A DNA stretch of 64,000 bases, taken from Monocercomonoides exilis PA203. Its lineage: Eukaryota; Protista; Preaxostyla. Below the pieces are notes generated by a model. That model was not told the DNA's origin and searched no databases. It was given only the letters and a program-made list of their open reading frames with translations. Shown here one piece after another: positions 13,527 to 25,390 of this stretch (position 1 is the first letter of the stretch; each line of letters opens with the position of its first letter). Both the position numbers and the translations under genes were made by a program. The stretch is taken from the NCBI GenBank assembly GCA_001643675.2, contig LSRY02000055.1, positions 62,001-126,000 on the forward strand, given 5' to 3'.

Positions 13527-16500
13527 TCACTTCTCAGTTTGCAAAGTTCCTGTGATATCTGAAGTATTCACACTCATCATGTGTTCCCCATCTTCTGTTG
13601 TCTCCTCCAGATCAATCGCATCTGACATCGTCAGCATTGCTGATCCTGGAGGAAAGCGCTGGATGAACTCTCGCTTCAGCCCTGCCAAGCTCAGTCTGTC
13701 TTCTGGCTGGGAAGACAGGCAAGCCCTGATGATTTCAAAGAAATTCGATTCCTTCACAGCAGATATGTTCGGTCGTTCGTGATTCACAATCTTCTGCCCC
13801 GCCACCTCTGCCTCATAATCGCCAAACGGGATCTGGAGCGTCAAGCACTCCCACAGCATCATCCCGATCGAAAATGCCACCGACTCCTTTGTTGCTCCCA
13901 TCTTCTTGTTCATCAGCAATTCTGGTGCCTTCCACCTCAGGCACTCTTTTTTGTAATAATCATCCTCAAATGCCGATGAAGGAAGGGAGTCACTGTCATC
14001 ATCGTCATCGCTTGCAGATGAAACAACAGTTGATGATGAGATGGAAGAAGAGTCCGAATCATCATCAGACAAGAAGTCTGAATGCATGACAATGCAGATG
14101 ACCATGTGTTCAGAGAACAATACAATGTGGGGACTCAAACTGGATAATGACTGAAGAGGATTTTCCATTTCATCAAAGGAGTGGAGAGCAAGGTTAGCCA
14201 CCCAGAACAGGATCTGAGCAGCTGTCTGCTCCCTTTCCTTCAAACTCCTAATCACCATCTCTTTCTTCTCATTCCTTCCATGCAACAACATGAACAGCGA
14301 ATCCCTCAAGTCCACAATCAGTTTTTCATGAGGCGATGAACAGGCCATTGCATCCACCAGATTCGACATGGATGATGTGGTTGGACACAGACTCTCCGAT
14401 CGAACAAATGTTGAATCTGAATCAGTTGTCGAGGTGGATGAAATGGATGGGGAAGGAGATCTCTTTCTAATTTCCTCTTCCTCAGCTTTATCAAGTGCCC
14501 AATCTGGAATCTTGTCTGAATCCTTTCCAAGAATATACTCAGTCGATCCGCTTTCACTCAACAAATACTCTTCTGACTCAGAATGCGCCATCTCCTTTCC
14601 ATTTATTCTCTTCTTCATCCTCTCTTCATTTTTCTTCTCTGCCTCTCTTTCTGCTCTCCTCCACTGCTCCTCAGGCGACATCTCCATCGTCACCATCTCA
14701 AATGCCTTTGGATCTTTTCTGATGTTGTCATTCACAATCTCCTTGTATTTTTTCGCTTCTTCTTTTGAATTTCTCCATCTGGCAACGAATATCACAAGGG
14801 CAATGAGAACAATCAAAAGAACAACGGCCATTATAATCACGATCAATAACAAAAAAGATTTCCCTTCTTTCCCTCCTTCAACAACTTGATCATCTCCTGT
14901 CTTTGATTCCGTTTTGTTCTTCAGAATCAGAGGAGAAGTCGAAACCAGTTGTTTCCCAAACAATATCATCACTGACACCTCTGTTTCGTCTGAAGTCGTG
15001 GAAATATTTTCAGATGGAACTCTTCCAATCACTTCTGTTTCTGAAAGAAAGCCATCTTCCTCAAACTGATATGTCTCAACCAACTCCACTTCCCCTGTTT
15101 TATACACAAGTCTGAATGACAAGTCACATGGCATAAAAAGAGATCCCTTGAATTTGATAAAAATGTTGCTTCCATTTTCATTCACAGAAACATCTTCCAG
15201 TTTTGGAATGAATAAAGGCGATGATCTTTCTCCTGCTATTCCTCCAAGTGTGCATCCATCATTCAAAATCCAAAGAGATGAATTGGGCATCAGTCCATCT
15301 CCGCCTTTCAAGCTGGAAATGGTCAATGAAGCAGAATCTGAACAAATGATGTTTCGACGAAGAGAGGGATATTTTTCAATGAATGGATTGTTGTTCAAAA
15401 ACTCTCCTTTCTCGATTGTCACATTACCAGAAGATATGGATAATCCGCCTAACAAAGCATTCATTATTGTCACATCCTTCATCACCAATGAAGAATTCAT
15501 CGAATGGACAAGGGATCCATTCCATATGCATATTTCTTCAAAATCGCTGTTTCTCTCACTTTCACTTTCTTTTGAAAGAATTCCTTCAAATTCACACATT
15601 TGCATCGAAACATCCTTTGCATCGCTAATCTCCATGATGCTTCCTTTGTCAGACAAGGAATTGCAGTAGGAACAAGAACAGTTTGAAAGAACTATCTGAG
15701 CTGAGGAAGAAGAAGCTGAGAGAACAGAAGCTCCTTCTGAATTTCTTGAACAGTTGTTGAATAAGGAGATTGTTATTGAAACAGATCCTGAAGTCGAATC
15801 GCTTATCGCAATTACATGACCTTCAGATAATTTCACTCCATCTGCAGATATTCCATTCAGTGCAACGCTTCCACAATCACCTATCTCAAACACATTTGTT
15901 GTTTCCTCAATATATTCCAGTTTCACATTTGTGATTGAGGCCTCATCTCCATTTAACAAAAATGAAGGCTTCTTGAATGAAAGCATGGATATTGAGCAGT
16001 TATCAACATGCAGAATTCCACTTTCAATGGTCATCAATGTTGAGTTAAGATCAACAGCTTCAATGTTTTCTGATTGGCCAATCGAAGAAAAATCAACAAA
16101 AGAAAGAGATAATTGGCCATTTGTTTCATGGATAATAGAACTGCCTGAATATGAAAACGACTGGCCAAAATTGAATTTCACACTTTCTATCCGAACTTTC
16201 TCTGAGATTGTGATCAGATTTTCTTCATTTCCAGCAATTGTTGAGTTCAGATACACAAAAGCAGCTGACTGAGGTTGCAATGAGCGGATAATTACATCCT
16301 TTGCTTCACATTCTCCGACAAAAAGTGTCTCTTTTGAGATCAACAGCTGTGAATACAAAGATGGAATTATGTGCTGAACTCCAACATTCAACGACTCACA
16401 AGGCATGTTGAACTCTCCGCATTGCTTGCTATCTGTGTGGTTGCCTGTTGCTGAAGACACAAATATCGTCTCACTCTGGTATTTCACAACCCTCAGCAGA

Positions 16501-19500
16501 AGATCTTCTTCGCCAACAAACGAGTCTGTTGTGTAGCCCCATATCGCTAGCTCCTTTACAAACGGTGCTCTGAAATCCAGCAAGAATTGTTCATCTGCTA
16601 TTTGATTTTCGATTGAGTGGCATTTCACATACACATCTCTTCCTCTGAATGCTGAGTTGTCTTTGAAAGTGATATTCGACAGAACAAAATTCAGAGGCTG
16701 CTCAGCTGTCGAGGTGCACTCCAGAAACAACCACCCACCTCTTCCTGTGCTCGAACAGAAACACTCAGAAATCGTGCAAAATGAGCAATCAAAGCTCCCT
16801 CCCTCATTCAACACACAAAACATCCCTCCTCCCTTTCCACACTTCGTTCCTCCACACTTCTTCATCGTTGTGTTTCGAATCACTATTTTCAATGGCTCAA
16901 CATCATTCTCATTTCGAATGATGGGAATATCATCAGTTGTGTTCTGGGTGACTTCTTCGAATACACTCCACTCAATAACAATATCTTGTTCAAATTCATT
17001 GTTTTCTCTTGTTGTACTCCTTGAAACGCACAATCCACTTGCCCCTTCCAGCTCAACATTCTTCATCGTCAGGTTTTTGATGTTCAAAATCGTTATTGAC
17101 AACACAGAAATAACATCCTGTGAAAAGCAAAGTGATTGCATTGTCACCAATTCCAATAGAACTGTGCCTCCATCTGCCTTGATCAACCCATAGCTGATTA
17201 TTTCTTCTCTGCTTTCTTCCATTTTTGTGAATGAACAGTCCTTCACAGTCAACAACGCATCACATGATCCAACATGCATCAAACTTTTAACATCACCAGT
17301 GAATGAAGATGGCATCACAAAGTTTATCAGTTCGAAATATGAGATGCCTAGAATATTCATTGCTTCATCCTCCGCTCCTTCAATAGAAGAGCGACACTCA
17401 AGTGAGCACATATCTGTGTTATTCGAACTTATTGAAATATCACCAAGATCAACACTTTTTTGGAGAACTCCTTTTCCAATGATGTTAATATTCTTTTCAT
17501 TTCCTTCTGGCAATCGATTCAATGAATAATCAATTGAAAGGCAAGGATAATCCGAGAATCCACAGGCACCCATATCTCTTCCTTTGTCTCCAATAAATAT
17601 CTCCGATTCGAGTTCAAGCCAGAAATAGACAAGTGGAATGACATTCTCTGTATCATTCCCATCAAAGCCTCTCATTGAATTCAACGAAATATCATCCAGA
17701 TGCCCAGATACAAACGGAAGTGAGGTGTTTGTGATACTCTTTGTCAAGTTGAATGACTCAACAAAAAGATCATTTCCATGTCTGGCAACATTCTGCTTAT
17801 CAGAATCAAAAACGGGGGATGAGATCGCAAATGAAGAATACTCATCGATCAGCTTCAGTGCAATTCCTCCACCAAACCCAGTCTTCCGTTCTTCTGCTGG
17901 TGTTGTGCATCCTGTGAATGTGCACGAAACAATATTCATTTGAATGTTCCCTTTCAACTGAGCATTGACTGCTCCTCCTCTGCTTCCATCAGATAGCACA
18001 CAACACTCATCAAATACACACTTTTCAATATATATTTGTGAATTTGTATTTTCATCATTGCTGTTGTCAATGCTGATACAGCCTCCACTTCCAACTGCTC
18101 TTTCTATTTTTGTGTAATTGCTTTTTGTCATGTTCAACCACTGAGTGCTTGTTAACTCGGTATATGAACTGCTTCCCGAAAATGAGATCAATGGATTTCC
18201 ATTCAAAGTGATTGATGAAGCAGAGAACGAATCAATAGCCAACGTTCCTAATTCAACAGACAAGAACAGAAATGTCAATTCTTCTGAAGAATTTTGAAGA
18301 GTTAAAGAACATTGAGACAAAGTCAATTGTGAAGAAGATGAAATGAAAGTGGAGTGAAGAGGAAGGGAAGGAGGAAGAGAGAAGATAAGTATCGATAATT
18401 CCGTTTCAACACTTGATGTTATCTTCGCTGAATTGGATGTTGAACTTGAATCAGAGACTGTCCAGCCACTTCGCTCATTTCCTTTGATTTCATGTTTCTG
18501 TCCAGCTAAGGCCAATTCATCGCTCATCATAATCATTCCATTCACGATGACTTTCTTTGTTCCTGTTTGTCTTATGAGGGAGTGCTTCATTGTCAAACAA
18601 GGGAATTGGACAATTCCACAACGTGAATGATCAGATGCCTCAGAATTGCTCACATATATTTCTTCTGGTGTGGGAAGGAGATAGATGCACAGAGGAATGG
18701 CCACGCTTGTGTTTCCATTGACGTATCCTCGCACTTTATCAAAAGAATCCAGTGAAGCTGTAACACACTTGATTTTTTGTGATTTTGCAGTTTCTTCCAG
18801 ATTGGGTGAAATGACAAAGATATCACTTCCCCATTTGGCTGTGTTTGTTCCAAATTCCGAGGAGATCAGAAAATTTGGATTTTCATTCAATAATTGAAGA
18901 AGAATTCCTCCGCCAAGGCCATCTGTTGCTGAACAAAAGCATCCATCGAAAGGTCCACCTTTCACTTTCACTTCATTTCCGTTCCCAACACACAGCATCA
19001 TCGATCCCCCATCAGTTGATGTTCTGCTTCCACAACCAGAAAATATGAAAGAATTCAGATTAATGTCTGCCTTGTCATTCGAAAATGACATTACAGCTGC
19101 TCCGCTTGTTGTTCTTTCAATCTCATCAAAGATGCACTCTGAAAGAGTCAATGAAACTTCATTTGTCGAAGAAAGCGAAAATAACGAAGTTGTGGAGATT
19201 GTCTTTGCCCAGTTCACATTTCCCATTTGACATACTCCATTCTGAACATTGATAAGCTCTGTGGTGAATGCTGTTTGTGCCGAGTGTACGCTTTCAGCAG
19301 ATATGTTCAGTCTGCTGATACTCATTCTTCCTGCACCACTTATCTCAAACAGCCTTGACCCGCGATTATTTGGATGAATTGAGTCATGCACAAGAATAAA
19401 ATCCCTGACAGTCAACGTTCCTGTGGAGACTGAAAATAGAGACAGCCCAGCTTCTTCCAATTCTGTTTGGATTGCTGTGCTCATATCACTTTGGCCATAA

Positions 19501-21272
19501 ACAGTAAAAGTGTTGACTCCACAATCAAAACTATTTGTTTCGATTATTGATCCTGAAAATACTTCTACATTATTCACAAAGTCTGGAATCAGTTGAGTCA
19601 AACAATGGCTGATCGTGCTGCACGGATGAGATTCATCCATCCCACATGCATGTGTATCTATTCCTTTTGGTTGCGAATCAGTTGATGATACAAATCTCAC
19701 ATTTCCAAAATCTTTGCGAAGCCATTCACTGTGATCAACGTTTGAATAAAAATTTGTACAAACTCTATTTGTCGTTTTGCTGGTTGAATAGCATGTTGGA
19801 TCAATATTATTTGAGGTTGAGTCTTGCAGAGATAAATCATGTCCCAATTTTCCACATGTGTTGCCGTGAAAAAAGCAATATAAAAATAAAATCCCCATGT
19901 TATTTGATTTAATTTCTATGCACACAGCTCCTCCCCAGCACATTGCAAAGCAATGACAAAATAAACAATTTGAAAAAATAACTTGATCAGTGCAACCCCA
20001 ATGAATAATTGCCCCTCCTGCACCATTTATTGAAGAATTGCATTGACAGTTATCATAAAAGGAATTCACAACGCCCACTTTCTGTCTTTCTGTTTTTGTT
20101 TGATAAAAATATATAGCTCCTCCATCATCAGCAGAAGAACCATTTTGAAAAAGACAATCATCGACAAGTGGTTGGGTATTAACATTATCGAAGATTATTC
20201 CTGCACCTCCAAATCCATTGGTTGCTGCAGCTGAACATTGAATAAATGAAGAATGGAGCACAATGCATTCAGCAATTCTTTGAGCACATATTCCTCCACC
20301 ATTTGTTGACGAAGCATTGCATCTTGTGAATGATGAATCTTCAACTTTCAGAATGGCATTTGAATTATCATGCACATTAAGAGCACCTCCTTGTTCGGCT
20401 GTGCAATTAGTCCATTCGCATGATAAAAATGTTTGACTTTCTGTTGTATTCATTCGTTCTTTTTTCTCAAAAGCATTCATTTCTCTTTTCCCACAGCTTA
20501 TTGTTGTGTTTTTGCAGATGAATTCCTGTGAAGAATACGATCCACTCGAAATCCCACCTTCAAAGACATTCACGCACGAATAAACAAGGCAGTTCTCCAT
20601 TGAACTTCGAAAGCACGAATGTTCCACAAAATGATCGCTATTCGAGGTATATTTCACAGACATGTTCCTGAAGGCACAATTAATGATCTGTTCGCTTTTG
20701 CACTTTCCTGATAACAGAAAATAGTGTGAAGCTGAAACAGCCAGGTCCGAAATGATAGAATTGCTCAAAATAGCAATATTTGAATCATCAGATGAAAATA
20801 TGAGATCGGAAGGGAAAAGACTCTTTGGGGGGATCAAAGTCATGTTTGTGAGGCAGATTGACCCACTTTGCAAATGAAAAGGAGATGCCGACTTTTGGTG
20901 GGAAATGCAGGAATCCAACACCACATTCGATTCATCTGTTATTAGAATAAATGGCAAGGAAGAATATTCCACTGCCACATTTTTCAGTTCAACTGAAGCA
21001 TTGGAAAACCGAAAAAATGAATAAATTGCTGTGCATGTTCCTGGCTTCCATCTTTCCATTCCTGATGCTTTTCCATGTTCATATAAATAATTATTATTGC
21101 TTCTTGCAAAAAATTGTGCATCAGTTGAGTTGCCTTGACCGAAATACATGCAGTTATATTTAAATGTTACATTTGAAATAATACCTTGGTTTTCTAATGT
21201 GGCTATTCCACAGATGACTTGAGATTTAAATATCTCTGCGGGAATCAGACATGCTAAAAGGAACAAATGCAT
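13527..21272 (-). CDS. Large single-pass receptor-like surface protein (2581 aa): putative signal peptide, beta-helix-like Cys/GGxI-rich ectodomain with 4 repeated modules, TM helix, C-terminal TK/TKL-like pseudokinase lobe
   Basis: Uninterrupted 7746-nt ORF, ATG to TGA. Hydrophobic N-terminus MHLFLLACLIPA. Repeated GGAI/GGGI and FxxC/FxxN motifs and four D-x(3-4)-CG-x(4-5)-PC module heads. TM segment LLLIVIIMAVVLLIVLIALVIFVA followed by RWR (about 14770-14855). Kinase subdomain VIII-XI motifs RWKAPE, SVAFSIGMMLWECLT, PF and CLSSQPEDR. Confidence 0.9.
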   Translation of the reverse strand: MHLFLLACLIPAEIFKSQVICGIATLENQGIISNVTFKYNCMYFGQGNSTDAQFFARSNNNYLYEHGKASGMERWKPGTCTAIYSFFRFSNASVELKNVAVEYSSLPFILITDESNVVLDSCISHQKSASPFHLQSGSICLTNMTLIPPKSLFPSDLIFSSDDSNIAILSNSIISDLAVSASHYFLLSGKCKSEQIINCAFRNMSVKYTSNSDHFVEHSCFRSSMENCLVYSCVNVFEGGISSGSYSSQEFICKNTTISCGKREMNAFEKKERMNTTESQTFLSCEWTNCTAEQGGALNVHDNSNAILKVEDSSFTRCNASSTNGGGICAQRIAECIVLHSSFIQCSAAATNGFGGAGIIFDNVNTQPLVDDCLFQNGSSADDGGAIYFYQTKTERQKVGVVNSFYDNCQCNSSINGAGGAIIHWGCTDQVIFSNCLFCHCFAMCWGGAVCIEIKSNNMGILFLYCFFHGNTCGKLGHDLSLQDSTSNNIDPTCYSTSKTTNRVCTNFYSNVDHSEWLRKDFGNVRFVSSTDSQPKGIDTHACGMDESHPCSTISHCLTQLIPDFVNNVEVFSGSIIETNSFDCGVNTFTVYGQSDMSTAIQTELEEAGLSLFSVSTGTLTVRDFILVHDSIHPNNRGSRLFEISGAGRMSISRLNISAESVHSAQTAFTTELINVQNGVCQMGNVNWAKTISTTSLFSLSSTNEVSLTLSECIFDEIERTTSGAAVMSFSNDKADINLNSFIFSGCGSRTSTDGGSMMLCVGNGNEVKVKGGPFDGCFCSATDGLGGGILLQLLNENPNFLISSEFGTNTAKWGSDIFVISPNLEETAKSQKIKCVTASLDSFDKVRGYVNGNTSVAIPLCIYLLPTPEEIYVSNSEASDHSRCGIVQFPCLTMKHSLIRQTGTKKVIVNGMIMMSDELALAGQKHEIKGNERSGWTVSDSSSTSNSAKITSSVETELSILIFSLPPSLPLHSTFISSSSQLTLSQCSLTLQNSSEELTFLFLSVELGTLAIDSFSASSITLNGNPLISFSGSSSYTELTSTQWLNMTKSNYTKIERAVGSGGCISIDNSNDENTNSQIYIEKCVFDECCVLSDGSRGGAVNAQLKGNIQMNIVSCTFTGCTTPAEERKTGFGGGIALKLIDEYSSFAISSPVFDSDKQNVARHGNDLFVESFNLTKSITNTSLPFVSGHLDDISLNSMRGFDGNDTENVIPLVYFWLELESEIFIGDKGRDMGACGFSDYPCLSIDYSLNRLPEGNEKNINIIGKGVLQKSVDLGDISISSNNTDMCSLECRSSIEGAEDEAMNILGISYFELINFVMPSSFTGDVKSLMHVGSCDALLTVKDCSFTKMEESREEIISYGLIKADGGTVLLELVTMQSLCFSQDVISVLSITILNIKNLTMKNVELEGASGLCVSRSTTRENNEFEQDIVIEWSVFEEVTQNTTDDIPIIRNENDVEPLKIVIRNTTMKKCGGTKCGKGGGMFCVLNEGGSFDCSFCTISECFCSSTGRGGWLFLECTSTAEQPLNFVLSNITFKDNSAFRGRDVYVKCHSIENQIADEQFLLDFRAPFVKELAIWGYTTDSFVGEEDLLLRVVKYQSETIFVSSATGNHTDSKQCGEFNMPCESLNVGVQHIIPSLYSQLLISKETLFVGECEAKDVIIRSLQPQSAAFVYLNSTIAGNEENLITISEKVRIESVKFNFGQSFSYSGSSIIHETNGQLSLSFVDFSSIGQSENIEAVDLNSTLMTIESGILHVDNCSISMLSFKKPSFLLNGDEASITNVKLEYIEETTNVFEIGDCGSVALNGISADGVKLSEGHVIAISDSTSGSVSITISLFNNCSRNSEGASVLSASSSSAQIVLSNCSCSYCNSLSDKGSIMEISDAKDVSMQMCEFEGILSKESESERNSDFEEICIWNGSLVHSMNSSLVMKDVTIMNALLGGLSISSGNVTIEKGEFLNNNPFIEKYPSLRRNIICSDSASLTISSLKGGDGLMPNSSLWILNDGCTLGGIAGERSSPLFIPKLEDVSVNENGSNIFIKFKGSLFMPCDLSFRLVYKTGEVELVETYQFEEDGFLSETEVIGRVPSENISTTSDETEVSVMILFGKQLVSTSPLILKNKTESKTGDDQVVEGGKEGKSFLLLIVIIMAVVLLIVLIALVIFVARWRNSKEEAKKYKEIVNDNIRKDPKAFEMVTMEMSPEEQWRRAEREAEKKNEERMKKRINGKEMAHSESEEYLLSESGSTEYILGKDSDKIPDWALDKAEEEEIRKRSPSPSISSTSTTDSDSTFVRSESLCPTTSSMSNLVDAMACSSPHEKLIVDLRDSLFMLLHGRNEKKEMVIRSLKEREQTAAQILFWVANLALHSFDEMENPLQSLSSLSPHIVLFSEHMVICIVMHSDFLSDDDSDSSSISSSTVVSSASDDDDDSDSLPSSAFEDDYYKKECLRWKAPELLMNKKMGATKESVAFSIGMMLWECLTLQIPFGDYEAEVAGQKIVNHERPNISAVKESNFFEIIRACLSSQPEDRLSLAGLKREFIQRFPPGSAMLTMSDAIDLEETTEDGEHMMSVNTSDITGTLQTEK

Positions 21273-24200
21273 GCTTATCGAGAATAAAAATCAATTTTGT
21301 TTCGAAAAATTTAATATAATACAAATGATCAAATTATCAACTTAAAAACTATTTTCATTTTCTTATTGAAATATGAAGAAATAAAATTTTAATTGTCATT
21401 ATGACATTTGAGGTATGTTCCAATTGATACGAATTCAAAATTCTTCTCTTTAATGTAGAATGACACGAATCAGTTTTTGAAAATAATGATTATTTATTTT
21501 TTGTTTGTAAAATGTGAAGTGCAAATACAAAATCAAAAAAATGAGTATTGAATTGACGAATTACATAAAATACAAAAATATTTATTTTCTAATTGTTGTC
21601 TTATTCCAAGTCATTATTCGAAAAATATGACTTTTTTATTTATGACAATATATTTCCAATATGTTCGACTTTTCAAATGTCTAAGCTTTTGAAAGTGTGC
21701 GTCCTTTCCAATTTAAAAAAAAAACAAATCCTTCTTCAAAGTTCACCTTTCTCTCCGTCTTTCATTCTTTCTCTCCTCAATTGTGTTTTTTTGTTCTGAA
21801 GATGTTCTCTTTATCATTCGGTAATTTATGTTCCCACGTGTTTTGTCTTGTTGCATATCATCTCCAAGTTCTTCACCACAAAAAACCAAGCAAGCCCTTC
21901 TGCTCTATTCGTTTCCTGGTTTCTTGCTCCTTCTCAATTCTGCATATTTATCTGTTTGAGTGAACAATCAATATTATTTATGTTATTTTAAAAAGAAAGC
22001 ACTCATCTGCTTTCCTTTGGGAAATTGTTTCTTTTTTGAAATGCCCTTTGTGCAATCAAAGAAAACATGTTATGTGGCATTCAACGAACTTATTCTTTCA
22101 AAAATACAAAAAGAAAACAAAAAACAGTTATTAAACAAATATTGGTATTTGGTATGTATTGTTAAAATAGCTCAAAAGCCCATTTTGCAAAATGAAATAA
22201 TCTAAATGAAAATTCAAATAAACTCAATGGTTTTCCTTGTTTTTCTTTTGCAAAACTTTCATCTGTAAAAGAAAATAATTATAATAATAATAAAATCCAT
22301 TTTTCCAACAAACAACTATGAAATATTCTTCATTCTTTGTTAGCCAAGCTTTCTCATTGCCACACACAGATAACCCCATCTGCCTCTTCTCCCTTCCTCA
22401 ACTCTTGTTCCTCTCTTTCCTTCTCGCATTGTTCCTGCTTCCCTCTCTTTTCTTCTTCCTCTTCCTCTTCTTCTTCTCCATTGCCCTCTTCCATGTGCAG
22501 CATAAATCTCGTTTTTTTCTCTCATGAAAAGCCTTCCAATGCAAAATCGTTCAAAGTCAGTGCTTTTCAGACAATTTGAGAATCTGTGCATTTAAAAGAT
22601 GGTTTGCCTTCAAAACGCTCTCGCGCAAATATGTCTTCAAACTAAAAAAAAGGGAAATGCGAAAACGAATGGAACAGAATAAATGAAAAAATGATTCACA
22701 CCCCGCAACAAATGCTAAGCGGTTGACTTTCAACTGCTGTTCCAAGCATTGCGTTTTTCAATTCAATGCTGCCAATGTGTTTCAGCAAGTCCAATGAAAA
22801 TTGCAATGAAAATGGGAACATGTTCGAAGAAGAATGATAATCGGAATGCGATTAAACATTGATAAAACTAAATATCAAAAACATGGAAATCGTTTTGGCT
22901 TCGCTTGTCAACGCAAAAAAAGATGAATCAACAATTAATGCCAATGCTGCCCAAGTAAATCGCAGAGCCTTCAAGTGCATGGTCGCTTGCCATCTGATTA
23001 TTGCTGTGTTTTGTTGAAGAAATCGATATCTCCTCCGTTGTTGACAACAATTTTGTTCAGGCTGATGAAAATGAGCGTGCTATAAAACTCTGTGTTGGAT
23101 GCCTTGCCTTTCTTCCTGACTTTGTTTGTTCCGGTTGCTGAGAAGAGCAGTCTGAATGAAGATTTGATGAAGAGGCTTCCTTGGGGAAATGTCCTCGTTT
23201 CGAATCCTTTTGCTGCTGCACATCCATCGACTAAAGCTGGATGATGGCTTCTGTCCTGTCTTTTTCCTTGCTGTTGAAAATTCAAGTTTTCATTTGGTGA
23301 AACAGTTATCAAAGCATCTATTATGGTTATAATAATGTTTTTTTCAACTATAATATATAATTCAAAAATTAATTAACTTGGTAAAGTGTGACTTATTGGT
23401 GTTCATGGGTTTCTCTTTTTTTCATTCAATATATGAAAAGACAGATTGAAATTGTGATTTTGATTTATCAAGTGCAAAGCATGTTATTTCATTTTGATGA
23501 AAACATGTAACGATATAAATGAATGAAATTCACATCAAAACCAGAATTTGAAAATTATTTTTTTCTGCATTTATATTATTGCTTATCAAATAGTCTTTTT
23601 ACCCTCACAAAAGCAAATCACATACAAAAATCAATTAATTAACCAAAAACTGTTTTTAAGCCTCTGCGACACAAAAATTTTACATGTTGTTTGTCGGTCG
23701 ACAAGAATTTCAATTGTCGAAAATAATTTGATATTTTTAATAAATAAATTTTTGAGATAAAAATTGTTTTTCTAATGTCAAATACAAATTAAACATTTTC
23801 TTATTTATATTCAATGTTTATTGGAATTTTGAGCTGTTTTAATGAAACTGGAAAAACAAACATTCACGTGAATATTCTTTATTTTGTTTTTTGATCAATT
23901 TGAAAATATATTTTTTAATGTCATCACATGTGTTGGTGTTGGCATTGTTGGATTTCGACTCAATATTTTTTGGAAAAGACGTCTCTGGAACTGCTTTTCA
24001 GAAGATTCAGATTTGAATAGTTGATTGAGATATGGCTGAATGTTACAGATTAACATGTTAATAGATTTGATGAAAGCCACATGAACTGCACCATTGGAAA
24101 TAGCATAACTGATACTATTTCTGGATATGTGAACTTCATTTAGACGCATTCTGAAACAATTACCGAACAAAAAAGTGTGGATTGTCAAGCCTTTTCATTC

Positions 24201-24619
24201 GCAGTTTTGCAATAAGTAATTTATCAACAGCAGTTCAAATAGGATTTGATGAGTCCAGCATGCTTTTTTTTAAGTTTCAGCTTGCGCATTGACCATCAAA
24301 GGCTTTGTTCTTTTGTATTCTTTTATGCACTTAAACAATCGCGGATCAAGGCTAGTTGAGATCACTGGAGCAGAAGAAATGTAAATTAATCAACTGTACA
24401 TATCTACCGGAAGCTCACACTCTTCATTAACATCTGTTCACATTGAGATGATAAATATTAGAAATCAAAAATTATTTGGAAAAAGTTAACCGAGCAAAGA
24501 TCTTCTCAAACATTTCGTTGTTTACATATATTTTTACAATTAAAGTTTCATTTTAAGCAATTTGAATTTGCTTTTTTATAGGATTGAAAGAATAATTGAG
24601 AATGTGCATGATGCTTATT

Positions 24620-25390
24620 TCAAAAGATAGAGATAGACGTAAATGAATGTGAACAAAATAAAGTGGATGAAATTTGAGTTGTTGTTCTCTTTTCATCCAC
24701 CATCTCAAGCGCTCGCGTTGCTGTCCGCGCAACAAGCTGCGCCAAACGCTCCTTCGCAACAAACTCCACGGCCCCCGCGATGAGATACACAACCAGCTGA
24801 AACAGAACACCACACTTCCCCTCAAAATCAAACGTGATGTTGTGCTCCCGGCAGTTCGAAAAGAACTGTCCATGCGGCACACGCGACAGCTCCGGCTGGT
24901 AGAACGGCTGCACTATCACAAAGCTGTTTATCACCTCTGTAGATGGACAGGAGCGCACTTTGGCAGAAGCACCAACAGAGCCAGACGCCGACTGAGGAGA
25001 CTTTCTCTGCCCACCTGCCACTCCTACAAATGAGGCAAAGTTGCGGATAGAACTCGAAGAAGTCATAGGTCGAGCAGATGTAGAATGCGCAGAATCAGAG
25101 GAAGGAGCGCGCACATGCAATGCAGCAGTGCAGGCGTAGCGCGGAAGAAGGTAGTTTCCAGACATGAATTCGATGCCCACCTGCAGCAGATACGACATCC
25201 ACCGGAACGCCGACGACGCTGCCAGCGGACACACCGAAAGATCCACAGCACACATCCGCAGCGACTCCAACTCGTCTGCATACACACAATACGAAACACA
25301 AAACACCCCAATCTTCCTTTTCCTGTGAACATCCTTCCCGATCCTATTCATAACGTCCCGCATATCTATCGATGGCACACTTTTGTGCAA
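24620..25390 (-). pseudogene. C-terminal fragment of an IQCH-like (IQ motif containing H) gene
   Basis: KSVPSIDMRDVMNRIGKDVHRKRKIGVFCVSY...LRMCAVDL and YQPELSRVPHGQFFSNCREHNITFDFEGKCGVLFQL resemble, from recall, the C-terminal region of IQCH homologues. The segment is much more GC-rich than its flanks, and no N-terminal part of the gene is visible upstream. Confidence 0.5.

Noticed and set aside
13468-21163. Numerous short ORFs overlapping the 2581-aa gene (and those at 58034-63968 overlapping the second gene)
   Set aside because: They are antisense or off-frame shadows of the long ORFs with no independent motifs.
22557-24440. Decayed coding-like segments on the minus strand upstream of the receptor gene
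   Set aside because: Manual translation shows multiple stops and frameshifts and no family I can identify.
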